The notes below the pieces were generated by a model, which saw only the letters and a list, made by a program, of their open reading frames with translations, had not been told where the DNA came from and did not search any database. Below, piece after piece: positions 40,363 to 49,423 of a stretch of 64,000 bases of DNA (within the stretch, counting starts at the first letter, position 1; each line of letters opens with the position of its first letter). The DNA comes from an uncultured Prevotella sp. (lineage in GTDB: Bacteria; Bacteroidota; Bacteroidia; Bacteroidales; Bacteroidaceae), in the NCBI GenBank assembly GCA_946183415.1, contig CAMHAM010000009.1, positions 19,797-83,796 of the forward strand. The letters are read 5' to 3'. The position numbers were made by a program, and so were the translations under genes.

Positions 40363-41385
40363 TTACTTCGAGTTCTGCTTATAATACTTAATCAGCTTGG
40401 GAACTACCTCTTCCACTGTACCAACGATGACATAGTCAGCAATCTTGTTGATGGGCGCATCGGGATCGCTGTTGATCGAAATGATGATGCCAGAATCCTG
40501 CATGCCGGCGATGTGCTGAATCTGACCAGAGATACCGCAGGCGATATAAACCTTCGGATGAACGGTGACACCTGTCTGACCAATCTGACGGTCGTGGTCG
40601 AGCCAGCCAGCATCAACAGCAGCACGGCTTCCGCCGACCTCACCATGCAGTACCTTAGCCAACTGGAACAGCATGTCGAAGTTCTCCTTCGAGCCCATAC
40701 CGTAACCACCAGCCACCACGATGGGCGCACCCTTCAGGTTGTGCTTGGCAGCCTCTACATGGTGGTCGAGCACTTTCACGACGTATGCCTCAGGGCTTAC
40801 ATATTTCGATACCTCAGGATAAACAACCTCCTTCTTGCAGTCACCCTCATAGACGGCCTTCTGCATCACGCCAGAGCGGACAGTAGCCATCTGGGGACGA
40901 TGCTCGGGATTCACAATCGTAGCCACGATGTTACCACCGAAGGCAGGACGAATCTGATAGAGCAGGTTCTGATAAGTCTTTCCCTCCTTCTTATCCTCGA
41001 AGTCACCAATCTCCAACTCTGTGCAGTCGGCTGTCAGGCCAGAGGTCAGCGATGACGATACACGAGGACCGAGGTCACGACCAATGACCGTAGCACCCAT
41101 CAGACAGATTTGAGGCTGCTCCTCCTTGAAGAGGTTCACCAGGATGTCGGTGTGGGGAGCCGAGGTGTAGGGGAACAAGTCGGGAGCGTCGAAGACAAAC
41201 AGTTTATCGACACCATAAGGCAGAATTTGATCCTCCACCTTACCCTTGATGCCAGTACCGGCAACAACAGCGTGGAGTTCCACCCCTAGTTCATTGGCGA
41301 GTTTGCGACCTTTTGTCAGCAACTCCTGAGATACTTCCTGTACGGTTGTACCTTCGATTTCGCAATATACAAATACGTTGTTCAT
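40363..41385 (-). CDS. etfA: Electron transfer flavoprotein alpha subunit
   Basis: GLTADCT, RPAFGGN, QMATVR, GGSRAAVD, QIGQTG, GISGQIQH. Confidence 0.95.
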   Translation of the reverse strand: MNNVFVYCEIEGTTVQEVSQELLTKGRKLANELGVELHAVVAGTGIKGKVEDQILPYGVDKLFVFDAPDLFPYTSAPHTDILVNLFKEEQPQICLMGATVIGRDLGPRVSSSLTSGLTADCTELEIGDFEDKKEGKTYQNLLYQIRPAFGGNIVATIVNPEHRPQMATVRSGVMQKAVYEGDCKKEVVYPEVSKYVSPEAYVVKVLDHHVEAAKHNLKGAPIVVAGGYGMGSKENFDMLFQLAKVLHGEVGGSRAAVDAGWLDHDRQIGQTGVTVHPKVYIACGISGQIQHIAGMQDSGIIISINSDPDAPINKIADYVIVGTVEEVVPKLIKYYKQNSK

Positions 41386-41392
41386 ATCTCAA

Positions 41393-42265
41393 TTAACCAA
41401 TAATCTTTTCTTCCAACAATTCCTTAATCATTCCCTCGACATCAGCATCAGAAGCCGTTAAGGTTTTCGACTCCTTTGCCTGGAACACGATGTTCTTGAT
41501 AGCCTTTACCTTCGTAGGTGAACCTGCCAGGCCGCACTGGTTAGCATCGCCATCGACATCAGCCACACTCCACTGGTTAAGTGTCAGGTATGGACGCTCT
41601 TCATAGAGGTTGTCGTAAGGTGTGCCTTCGGCAGGACGCTCCATGGGGCAGGTAGCGCGCTTGTACTTCATCACCAGCTTGGCATTCTGGGGGCGGCAGG
41701 GGGCAGCACTACCGTTGACGGTGATCACCACGGGCAGCGGGGCCTCTACAGTCTCCACACCACCGTCGATCACACGCTTGATAGTAGCCTTACCATCCTT
41801 CACACTCAGTACTTCCTCAGCGTAGGTCACTTGGTTAAGGCCCAGCTTCTGAGCCACCTGCGGACCAACCTGAGCAGTATCGCCGTCGATAGCCTGACGA
41901 CCACCAATCACGATATCCACATCGCCAATCTTCTTGATGGCCGTAGCCAGTGCATAAGAGGTGGCAAGGGTGTCGGCACCAGCGAACAGACGGTCGGTCA
42001 ACAACCAACCGGTATCTGCACCACGATAAAGTCCCTGACGGATGATTTCACCTGCACGTGGAGGACCCATCGTGAGGATTCCTACTGTTGAGCCTGGGTT
42101 CTGCTCCTTCAGGCGAAGGGCCTGCTCCAAGGCGTTCAAATCTTCTGGATTGAAGATGGCGGGTAGGGCAGCACGGTTCACCGTTCCTTCGGCGGTCATT
42201 GCATCCTTACCCACATTTCGGGTGTCTGGCACTTGCTTGGCCAGAACAACAATCTTTAAAGCCAT
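41393..42265 (-). CDS. etfB: Electron transfer flavoprotein beta subunit
   Basis: KQVPDT, NPEDLNALE, GADTLAT, GRQAIDGDTAQVGP. Confidence 0.95.
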   Translation of the reverse strand: MALKIVVLAKQVPDTRNVGKDAMTAEGTVNRAALPAIFNPEDLNALEQALRLKEQNPGSTVGILTMGPPRAGEIIRQGLYRGADTGWLLTDRLFAGADTLATSYALATAIKKIGDVDIVIGGRQAIDGDTAQVGPQVAQKLGLNQVTYAEEVLSVKDGKATIKRVIDGGVETVEAPLPVVITVNGSAAPCRPQNAKLVMKYKRATCPMERPAEGTPYDNLYEERPYLTLNQWSVADVDGDANQCGLAGSPTKVKAIKNIVFQAKESKTLTASDADVEGMIKELLEEKIIG

Positions 42266-42632
42266 GTTTTTTAATATAAAATGTTATAATGTTATCTCTG
42301 AGAGAAATAATTAATGATCTGTTATTTGATACTTCGTTTTAAAACGGCTGCAAAGGTACTACTTTTTAGCCACACAGCCAAAACTTATTGCACAAAATCG
42401 CTCGTTTTGTGCACACTTTGCTCTTTTTGTGCAATTTATTTCGTGTCGAATTGATAATTATCAAGTGTTTCACTCTGAGGCAGATACTTTTTCGCTGTGA
42501 ATATTTTCCGAATGCAAATGCATAAAAATGCACTGAAATGTTAATGTGCTATAAAAAACAGGGTCAAAGTGAACAATTTGTCAGAAAATTCATTATATTT
42601 GCGACAACTAATCATTTAATGGAGGACAGCTT

Positions 42633-42734
42633 ATGTATACTAAGGCCGAGATGAAGAACGAGAACATGAAGATCAACAGCAAGTTGGTCGAGTCGAGTAC
42701 CCCCAAACAGCTACCATCTATTTGGTATTCTTAA
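42633..42734 (+). CDS. Unannotated 33-aa small protein
   Basis: MYTKAEMKNENMKINSKLVESSTPKQLPSIWYS*; -7 box TATATTTG (42594-42601), GGAGG 8 nt upstream, terminator directly after. Confidence 0.6.
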   Translation: MYTKAEMKNENMKINSKLVESSTPKQLPSIWYS

Positions 42735-42740
42735 ATAACA

Positions 42741-42772
42741 AAAGCGCGACACCCATCAAGAGTGCCGCGCTT
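42741..42772 (+). terminator. Terminator after the small ORF
   Basis: AAGCGCGACAC...GTGCCGCGCTT near-perfect stem. Confidence 0.6.
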
Positions 42773-42889
42773 ATAGTTCTCGTTTGGGTCGATGTTTTGA
42801 TTGCTGGTGCAAATTTGATAAAAAAATCCAGATTCCGTGTCCTATAATTAATTTTTTGATTAATTTTGCAGCCAAAATCTCAAGACGAT

Positions 42890-43264
42890 ATGACAAACGG
42901 TATTTATACGATTCTGCTGCTCATCATGAGCAATGTGTTTATGACGTTCGCGTGGTACGGACATCTGCGCCTGCAACAGTCGGGCATCTCCTCGAACTGG
43001 CCCCTTTATCTGGTCATTGCCTTCTCGTGGATGATTGCCTTTTTCGAGTACTGCTGTCAGGTGCCAGCCAATCGAATAGGCTTTGTCGATAACGGCGGTC
43101 CCTTCAACCTCGTGCAGCTGAAGGTGATCCAGGAGTGCATCTCGCTGGTGGTCTTCGCAGTCATTGCTAACTTCATCTTCCAGCACGAACAGTTGCACTG
43201 GAACCACGCAGCAGCAGCCCTTTGTCTCGTCGCTGCTGTCTATTTCGTCTTCATGAAGCCTTAG
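42890..43264 (+). CDS. DMT-superfamily membrane protein (DUF486)
   Basis: SNVFMTFAWYGHL, FFEYCCQVPANRIG, QLKVIQE. Confidence 0.88.
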   Translation: MTNGIYTILLLIMSNVFMTFAWYGHLRLQQSGISSNWPLYLVIAFSWMIAFFEYCCQVPANRIGFVDNGGPFNLVQLKVIQECISLVVFAVIANFIFQHEQLHWNHAAAALCLVAAVYFVFMKP

Positions 43265-43269
43265 AAAGA

Positions 43270-43299
43270 ATAATCCCCCGCCGATTGGCGAGGGATTAT
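43270..43299. terminator. Bidirectional terminator
   Basis: ATAATCCCCCGCC-gatt-GGCGAGGGATTAT between convergent genes. Confidence 0.7.
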
Positions 43300-43301
43300 C
43301 A

Positions 43302-44816
43302 TTATTGCTCAGGATTCTCGGTGTCGTGCCCCCAGAACTCCATTTTCTCAATTTCGGGTAGGCCGTTAAGGAAAGCCTGTCCTTCCTCGTTTGAGATGGT
43401 CTTGCCATTAAGGCTGCACTCATCGATCTCGCCTGCAATCTTCAGGACGGTGAAGTGATCGGCCTGCTGGCCGTTCTTGTATCCGATTATCTCTGTGAAG
43501 GTGGCAGGACCGCCTGCTGAGCCTGAGAGCACCAGGTAGCCTGTGTTGTCCTTGCTGACCTTCGAGGGCTTTTGGCGTGGTGTCTCCATGGCGATGAGGT
43601 GGAACTGCCCATTGTCATCGCGTGAGAAGAAGGCACCATACTCGTCTTTCTTATCGTGAATCCAGATGACCTCATCGGGGCCATAGGGAATCCAGACGTG
43701 TGCCCACTTCGTGAAGTGGATGCCTTTGTATTCCTCAGGATTGGTCTTGATGACCATCTTCTCCATCTCTGCGAGGTCGCTCTTCCATACGGGGCGTTCC
43801 TCGTCGACCATGTTTTGATAAGTCTCATAGAGGTGCATGATGAGTTGTCCGCCACGCACGTAGAACATTCCCACAGCGGAGCTCTCTGGGGCGTCGCGCT
43901 CGAAGCAGAGCTCCAGGCCCTTTGGGCCCTCGAACGCTGCGAGAAGCTGGCAGCCCACGTACTCACCTTCATCGTCGGCATTCCAGCCGGGTCCCCATTG
44001 CTCGTCGTACATGCCAATCTCCTCGTTGACATAGACCTTGGTGCTGTCGATCAGCACGTCGAGGGCCAGCGATGACTTGCGATCCTTGTCGTACTCATCC
44101 TTGGGGGCGTTCTTGTACTCGCCCTTGAACTGGAGCTTACCCCAGATGTAACGTCCTCCGATGGTGGCGCACAGGCGCATGCGGTCCACTTTCATGCCGT
44201 ACTGCTTCTCGAGTTGCTTCACCGCATAATCGGGCAGAGCCTTTGGCTTGTTCCACTCACTCTGGTCGTAATCGATGTTGAGGCGCTTACGCGACTTCAG
44301 GTAATTATCGGTGACGATGACGCTGCCATTCCAGGTTTCCTCAAGCTTATCCTTGGGATTGGCGTAGGTGAAGCGTGCACAGAGCGAGGGAATATCATTA
44401 CGGCCGTGACGCTCGCCGATGCTGGGACGGTTGCCGTCGGGATCCTTCAGCACTTCGTCGACGAACTTCAGCTTGATGACCTTGCCGCCGTCTGAGAGCA
44501 GGTTGGTATAGTCGGCGATATTGCGACGGAACATCTCCTGCAGTGCCCAGCTCTGCCTGTACTCCTCATACCAGCTTTCGTTGTCGTCAGTCTTCTGAGG
44601 CTCCTCGATATGGCTCCAGTAGAGCACCTGCAGATAACCCTCCCCGTCGGTGCCCATGATGAACATCGGCATGGGGGTAGTATCGTTCTCCTCGATGATG
44701 CTGTCGATGACGGCAGCGATGGTGTCGGCCTTCGTGGGGCCTTCGACCTTGCCCTTGCTCTTGCAACTCAGCATCAGGGCTGTCGCACACAGGGCGATGA
44801 TCAGTAATTTCTTCAT
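43302..44816 (-). CDS. Hypothetical lipoprotein (504 aa)
   Basis: MKKLLIIALCATALMLSC lipobox; no recognised domain; ATG overlaps the upstream stop region. Confidence 0.8.
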   Translation of the reverse strand: MKKLLIIALCATALMLSCKSKGKVEGPTKADTIAAVIDSIIEENDTTPMPMFIMGTDGEGYLQVLYWSHIEEPQKTDDNESWYEEYRQSWALQEMFRRNIADYTNLLSDGGKVIKLKFVDEVLKDPDGNRPSIGERHGRNDIPSLCARFTYANPKDKLEETWNGSVIVTDNYLKSRKRLNIDYDQSEWNKPKALPDYAVKQLEKQYGMKVDRMRLCATIGGRYIWGKLQFKGEYKNAPKDEYDKDRKSSLALDVLIDSTKVYVNEEIGMYDEQWGPGWNADDEGEYVGCQLLAAFEGPKGLELCFERDAPESSAVGMFYVRGGQLIMHLYETYQNMVDEERPVWKSDLAEMEKMVIKTNPEEYKGIHFTKWAHVWIPYGPDEVIWIHDKKDEYGAFFSRDDNGQFHLIAMETPRQKPSKVSKDNTGYLVLSGSAGGPATFTEIIGYKNGQQADHFTVLKIAGEIDECSLNGKTISNEEGQAFLNGLPEIEKMEFWGHDTENPEQ

Positions 44817-45172
44817 GTCTTTAATTTTCTGTTCTTAGCGTAGAGATAGGCGCCAATGCCAAGCGGAATGAGGGCGATGACGACGATGATGAATCCGAAG
44901 AAGAAGCCGAAGAGCGTGGCAAAGCCTCCCTGACGGATGTGGGGGGCTGGCAACTCCTGGGCTATCGAGTCGCGCACGGCCTCGTCGGCGATGGAGTCGA
45001 GGGCGGCTATCTGCTGGTTGTAGACTTCCCATTGCGCCTCGTTCTCCTTGCCGGCATGCTCGTCAGCCACATACGATGCCAAGGCGAAGATGACGGCTGC
45101 GCAGATGAGCACAGCCCCCAGGATGAGCAGCAGGCAGCCGCAACCTCGCTTGAATGATGACGGATTTGGCAT
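44813..45172 (-). CDS. Hypothetical two-TM protein (119 aa)
   Basis: KRGCGC then TM1, ~45-aa acidic loop, TM2, basic tail. Confidence 0.7.
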   Translation of the reverse strand: MPNPSSFKRGCGCLLLILGAVLICAAVIFALASYVADEHAGKENEAQWEVYNQQIAALDSIADEAVRDSIAQELPAPHIRQGGFATLFGFFFGFIIVVIALIPLGIGAYLYAKNRKLKT

Positions 45173-45186
45173 CGCTCAGTGACCTT

Positions 45187-46209
45187 TCAGGGATTAAAGG
45201 CGTTTCCGATATCCTCCTTGGTGAGGGTGGTCAGTTGCGCCTTGGTGGCATTGTTGACATTCGAGAGGCGGTTGGCCTGCTCCTGGATGGACTTCTCGAA
45301 CATGTTGCGCACGAATCGGGCATTACCGAAGTTACGGTCCTTATGCGCCACAGCATAGTCGAGCTTCTCCGAGAGATATTCCTCAGCGTCGGGTGCCAGC
45401 GTGTACTGGTTCTTCTTCAGATACATCTTGAAGATATCCTTCAACTCTTGGGCAGAGTAGTCGGGGAAGTCGATGTAACGGTTGAAGCGCGACCGCAGGC
45501 CAGGGTTAGAGTCGATGAAACGGTGCATCTCGTCCTTGTAGCCTGCAACAATCACAACGAGACGGTCACGGTAGTCCTCCATACGTTTGAGGATGGTGGA
45601 CACGGCCTCCTGACCGTAGTCGTTGCCATTGCCACCCTCGGGGGTGAGGGCATAGGCCTCGTCGATGAACAGCACGCCATCGAGGGCTTTCATGATGATG
45701 CTGTCGGTCTTGGGACCTGTCTGTCCGACATACTGGCCACAAAGTCCTGCACGGTCGGTCTCGACGGTATGTCCCCTTTTCAGCACACCGAGATCCTTGT
45801 AGATACGTCCGACGATGCGGGCGACGGTGGTTTTACCCGTACCAGGCGATCCGTAGAACACGAGGTGGTAGGACACCTTGGCGTTCTTCAGTCCCTGAGC
45901 CTCGCGCTGTTTCTGCAGTTTCACGAAGTTGGCCAGCGAGCGCACCTCTTTCTTCACGGAGCCGAGGCCAATGAGGCTGTTGAGCTCTTCGTAAGGGTCG
46001 CCCTCGAGGGGATCGTTCACAATGACGGTGTCTTTCTTCTCGACCTGTTCGGTGTTCTGTGCTGTATTGTCGCTGGTATCCGTCTCCTCATCGTCGTCTA
46101 CGAAAGCGCCGATGATACCCAGAACAACTATCAGTGCAAAGGTGCTTATGGCCATGCAACCACAGCCTTTGAGGACTTTGTCTTTTACTTCTTTGAAATC
46201 TGCCATCAT
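45187..46209 (-). CDS. Membrane-anchored AAA+ ATPase, CbbX/SpoVK/EccA family
   Basis: N-terminal TM; LIGLGSVK, HLVFYGSPGTGKTTVAR (Walker A), GQYVGQT, GVLFIDEAYAL (Walker B), NPGLRSRF, FGNARFVRN. Confidence 0.88.
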   Translation of the reverse strand: MMADFKEVKDKVLKGCGCMAISTFALIVVLGIIGAFVDDDEETDTSDNTAQNTEQVEKKDTVIVNDPLEGDPYEELNSLIGLGSVKKEVRSLANFVKLQKQREAQGLKNAKVSYHLVFYGSPGTGKTTVARIVGRIYKDLGVLKRGHTVETDRAGLCGQYVGQTGPKTDSIIMKALDGVLFIDEAYALTPEGGNGNDYGQEAVSTILKRMEDYRDRLVVIVAGYKDEMHRFIDSNPGLRSRFNRYIDFPDYSAQELKDIFKMYLKKNQYTLAPDAEEYLSEKLDYAVAHKDRNFGNARFVRNMFEKSIQEQANRLSNVNNATKAQLTTLTKEDIGNAFNP

Positions 46210-46238
46210 GTCGTTTGTCTTGTCGCTATGAAATGATA

Positions 46239-47642
46239 TTATACTTCCGCTGGTGCTGCTTGTGGCTGTTTAGTCTTCGAGGCCAGCTCCTTCAGCTTGT
46301 CCTTACCCTTGAAGGCGAATACCCAGATGAGGAATCCTGCCAGTGCCAGCAGACTGATGCCTAACAGTGGACGGTAGAACAGCCATGCGATGGCAATGAC
46401 AATCAGCGACCATGCGATACCGATGACGGTGCAGATAACACCAATGCCCCAGCCGAAGATGCCAGCGATGAAAGGAACCACCTTGAGGATGGTCTCGATG
46501 AAGCCGAAGATACCCTTCAATCCGCCAATCACCAATACGATACCTACAATACGGAAGAACCAGAGCAGCATGTTGTTGGCCTCTTTCTCAGCCTCGATGA
46601 TTTCGTCGCCGCTCTTCTGACCCATCACGAGCGTCTGGAAGCGCTTGCCGTTCTTGGCCTTGAAAGGCTTGAAGGTGTCGCCATCGACAACAGCCATCAC
46701 CGTTACCTTGGCAGGCACGATCTTCTCGAAGGTCACGCGCACGTCGCCCACCTCAGGAGAGCCAGGCACACGTCCGAAGTAGAGGATATTGTTGGCCACG
46801 TGGATATACTCCAGATCCTTCTTGTTCTCTGCATTCTCCATCTGCCTGTTAATAGAATCGTTGACAGCCTGGAGGGAGTCGAGGACAGCCTTGGCAGAGT
46901 CGGAGAGCAAGGCACGGATAGAGTCGGGGATGGCAGGTGCCTGAGCAGGCTGCTGTGTTGGCTGCTGCTGAATGCTCTTCTGCACGCCATAGAAACGCTC
47001 GTAGGCTGCCTGAGTGCTCTTGTCGAACTGCTTCAGCAGATCCTCTGCGATGGCCAGATCCATTGCCTCACGTGAAGAGATGCTGTGGATCAGGCTCTCA
47101 TTCAGCTGATAGGCACCGAACGATACGTTCTCTGCATACTGCTCAGTATCGTCTACGGTGGTCAGCACCATGTTCTTGTTCTGATAGGCAGGATCATGGA
47201 ACTCGCTCGACTGGATGGGACTTGACACCCACTGCTTCGAATAGGTGTAGGTCGTGGTGGTCACTTGCTTGCCACCCAGTTTGTCTTCAGTCTTCTCCTG
47301 AGCATGCTCCACCCACTGGTAGTACTCTACGCTGCGTCGGAGCGCAATTGCCTTGGCACCGATGCCAAATTGTGCGTCGCTCAGCGAATCCTCTGTGGTA
47401 GCCATGGCAGTACCACAAATCAACTCACCCTCGAGCGAGGCGTCCTTCTTGTTGGGGTTCTCCATCTCAACATACTTGCTGCCAGCCTCGTCGAGCATCT
47501 TCTCTGTTTTCACGGCTCTGCCTTCGTTCCACCAAAGGAGGGCTGTTCCGATGACAAACATCAGTATTCCACTGCCGATTGCCTTAAATGAATTTCCTAC
47601 TCGGGTGCCATAACCCGTCGTTGTTGTTTCTGTAAACGCCAT
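46239..47642 (-). CDS. TMEM43/LUMA (DUF1625) family membrane protein
   Basis: N-terminal TM ending LLWWNEGRAV, large loop with LRRSVEYYQW and PEVGDVRVTF, three C-terminal TMs with AWLFYRP. Confidence 0.85.
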   Translation of the reverse strand: MAFTETTTTGYGTRVGNSFKAIGSGILMFVIGTALLWWNEGRAVKTEKMLDEAGSKYVEMENPNKKDASLEGELICGTAMATTEDSLSDAQFGIGAKAIALRRSVEYYQWVEHAQEKTEDKLGGKQVTTTTYTYSKQWVSSPIQSSEFHDPAYQNKNMVLTTVDDTEQYAENVSFGAYQLNESLIHSISSREAMDLAIAEDLLKQFDKSTQAAYERFYGVQKSIQQQPTQQPAQAPAIPDSIRALLSDSAKAVLDSLQAVNDSINRQMENAENKKDLEYIHVANNILYFGRVPGSPEVGDVRVTFEKIVPAKVTVMAVVDGDTFKPFKAKNGKRFQTLVMGQKSGDEIIEAEKEANNMLLWFFRIVGIVLVIGGLKGIFGFIETILKVVPFIAGIFGWGIGVICTVIGIAWSLIVIAIAWLFYRPLLGISLLALAGFLIWVFAFKGKDKLKELASKTKQPQAAPAEV

Positions 47643-47770
47643 AATGTTTAAAAGTTTATTGGTCTTAAATATATTTTAATGCTGCAAAGATACATAAATT
47701 TTTTTAATTAGTGGGGTTTTATCAATCTTTTTGTTTACTTTTGCATGCAAATTAAAGTCAAAAGATACAA

Positions 47771-49423
47771 ATGAAGAAGTTTTTGTTATTCGTGACACTG
47801 GTCGCCAGTGCTGTTCAGATGTTTGCTCAGGGGTTTGATAACCTCCCTATTCCTGCTGTCGAGGAGAAAGTCATCGACAATACACCCGATTCTATCGCTA
47901 AGGCCCTCATGAGCCGTCCTGCACCTGGATCGACCCGACAGGGTGAGAACCCCGTGCTCTTCCTTATCGGCAACTCGACGATGCGCAATGGTACGATGGG
48001 TAATGGCTCGAACGGTCAGTGGGGCTGGGGCTACTTTGCCAACAAGTATTTCGACGGGCGTAAGATTTCCGTAGAGAATCAGGCACTGGGGGGAATGTCT
48101 ACCCGTAATTTCTATACCGACCTCTGGCCTGCCGTCCGTGAGGCGCTGAAGCCAGGCGACTGGGTGATTGTGAGCATTGGTCATAACGATAAGGCAGACT
48201 TTTTTGATAAGAAACGTGCGCGAGGCGTGATCGACGGTGTAGACCCCGACACGATGATTGTAGGTTTCAATGAGCGTAAGCAGATTCCTGATACCGTCTA
48301 TAGTTACGGCCACTATCTGCGCCTTTATATAAAGGATATCCGTCAGGCAGGTGCCAACCCCATCCTGATGTCGCTCACACCTCGTGATGCCTATGGTCCT
48401 GACGGTCGCATCGTCCGTAAGCCACAGACGCAATGGGCCTCGTATGTTGCAGCCACTGAGGGTGTGCCCTTCGTGGATCTCAATGAACTCTCAGGTGCCA
48501 AGATCGACCGTTTCAGCCCGTGGAAGGAGAAATACCATTTCTATGGCGACCATATCCATACTTCAGCTTATGGCGCAGAACTGAATGCCCGTTCGGCTGC
48601 TGAGGGACTCTATTATTCGCATAACCCACAGCTCAAGCCCCTGCAGTCTATGATGACAGGAGTTGAACTGCCAGCCTACGGGGAGGGTAGGGAGCCTGGC
48701 AAGCCGATGGTCTTCATCACGGGTGACTCGACGGTAAAGAACTTCGATCAGGATGAAGACGGCATGTGGGGCTGGGGCTCGCAGGCAGGTCTGATCTTCG
48801 ACCCTGCCAAGATTACTTGGGAGAATGTGGCTATGGCAGGCCGTTCTACGCGCAGTTATATCAGGGAAGGTCGCTGGGAGCGTGTCTACAATGCTCTCCA
48901 ACCAGGCGACTTCGTACTTATCCAGTTTGGTCATAACGATATCTGCTCCATCACAGATTCTAAGGAACGAGGGGTTATCGCCAGTGCTGTTGATACCTGC
49001 CATGTCTATCAGATGGAGAAAGACGGGCGCTATGAACTGGTTTACAGCTTCGGCTGGTATCTGCGCAAGATGATTGACGACACGATGGAGAAGGGAGCTA
49101 CCCCCATCCTCGTCTCGCTGACACCTCGGAATGAGTGGCCTGGCAATCAGATAGAACGTCGTAACGACTCTTACGGACAGTGGTATCGAGAAGTGGCGGC
49201 CCAGACGGGTGTCGCCTTTGCAGATGTACATAATATCTCTGCTGATTTCCTTGAGAAGAAGTGCCATTCATCGAGTGAGGAGAAGAGTAAGGCACGTGCT
49301 GCGAAATACTTCAATCACGACCATACGCATACCTCTAAACTGGGAGCCCAGATGAATGCCAAAAGTGTGGCAACAGCCTTGCGCGCCATCCATTCACCCC
49401 TCGCCAACTACCTCAGAAAATGA
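47771..49423 (+). CDS. Rhamnogalacturonan acetylesterase (CE12/SGNH) with two tandem catalytic domains
   Basis: Signal peptide; domain 1 IGNST..GWG..IGHND..DHIH; domain 2 TGDST..GWG..AGRSTRS..FGHND..DHTH. Confidence 0.85.
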   Translation: MKKFLLFVTLVASAVQMFAQGFDNLPIPAVEEKVIDNTPDSIAKALMSRPAPGSTRQGENPVLFLIGNSTMRNGTMGNGSNGQWGWGYFANKYFDGRKISVENQALGGMSTRNFYTDLWPAVREALKPGDWVIVSIGHNDKADFFDKKRARGVIDGVDPDTMIVGFNERKQIPDTVYSYGHYLRLYIKDIRQAGANPILMSLTPRDAYGPDGRIVRKPQTQWASYVAATEGVPFVDLNELSGAKIDRFSPWKEKYHFYGDHIHTSAYGAELNARSAAEGLYYSHNPQLKPLQSMMTGVELPAYGEGREPGKPMVFITGDSTVKNFDQDEDGMWGWGSQAGLIFDPAKITWENVAMAGRSTRSYIREGRWERVYNALQPGDFVLIQFGHNDICSITDSKERGVIASAVDTCHVYQMEKDGRYELVYSFGWYLRKMIDDTMEKGATPILVSLTPRNEWPGNQIERRNDSYGQWYREVAAQTGVAFADVHNISADFLEKKCHSSSEEKSKARAAKYFNHDHTHTSKLGAQMNAKSVATALRAIHSPLANYLRK

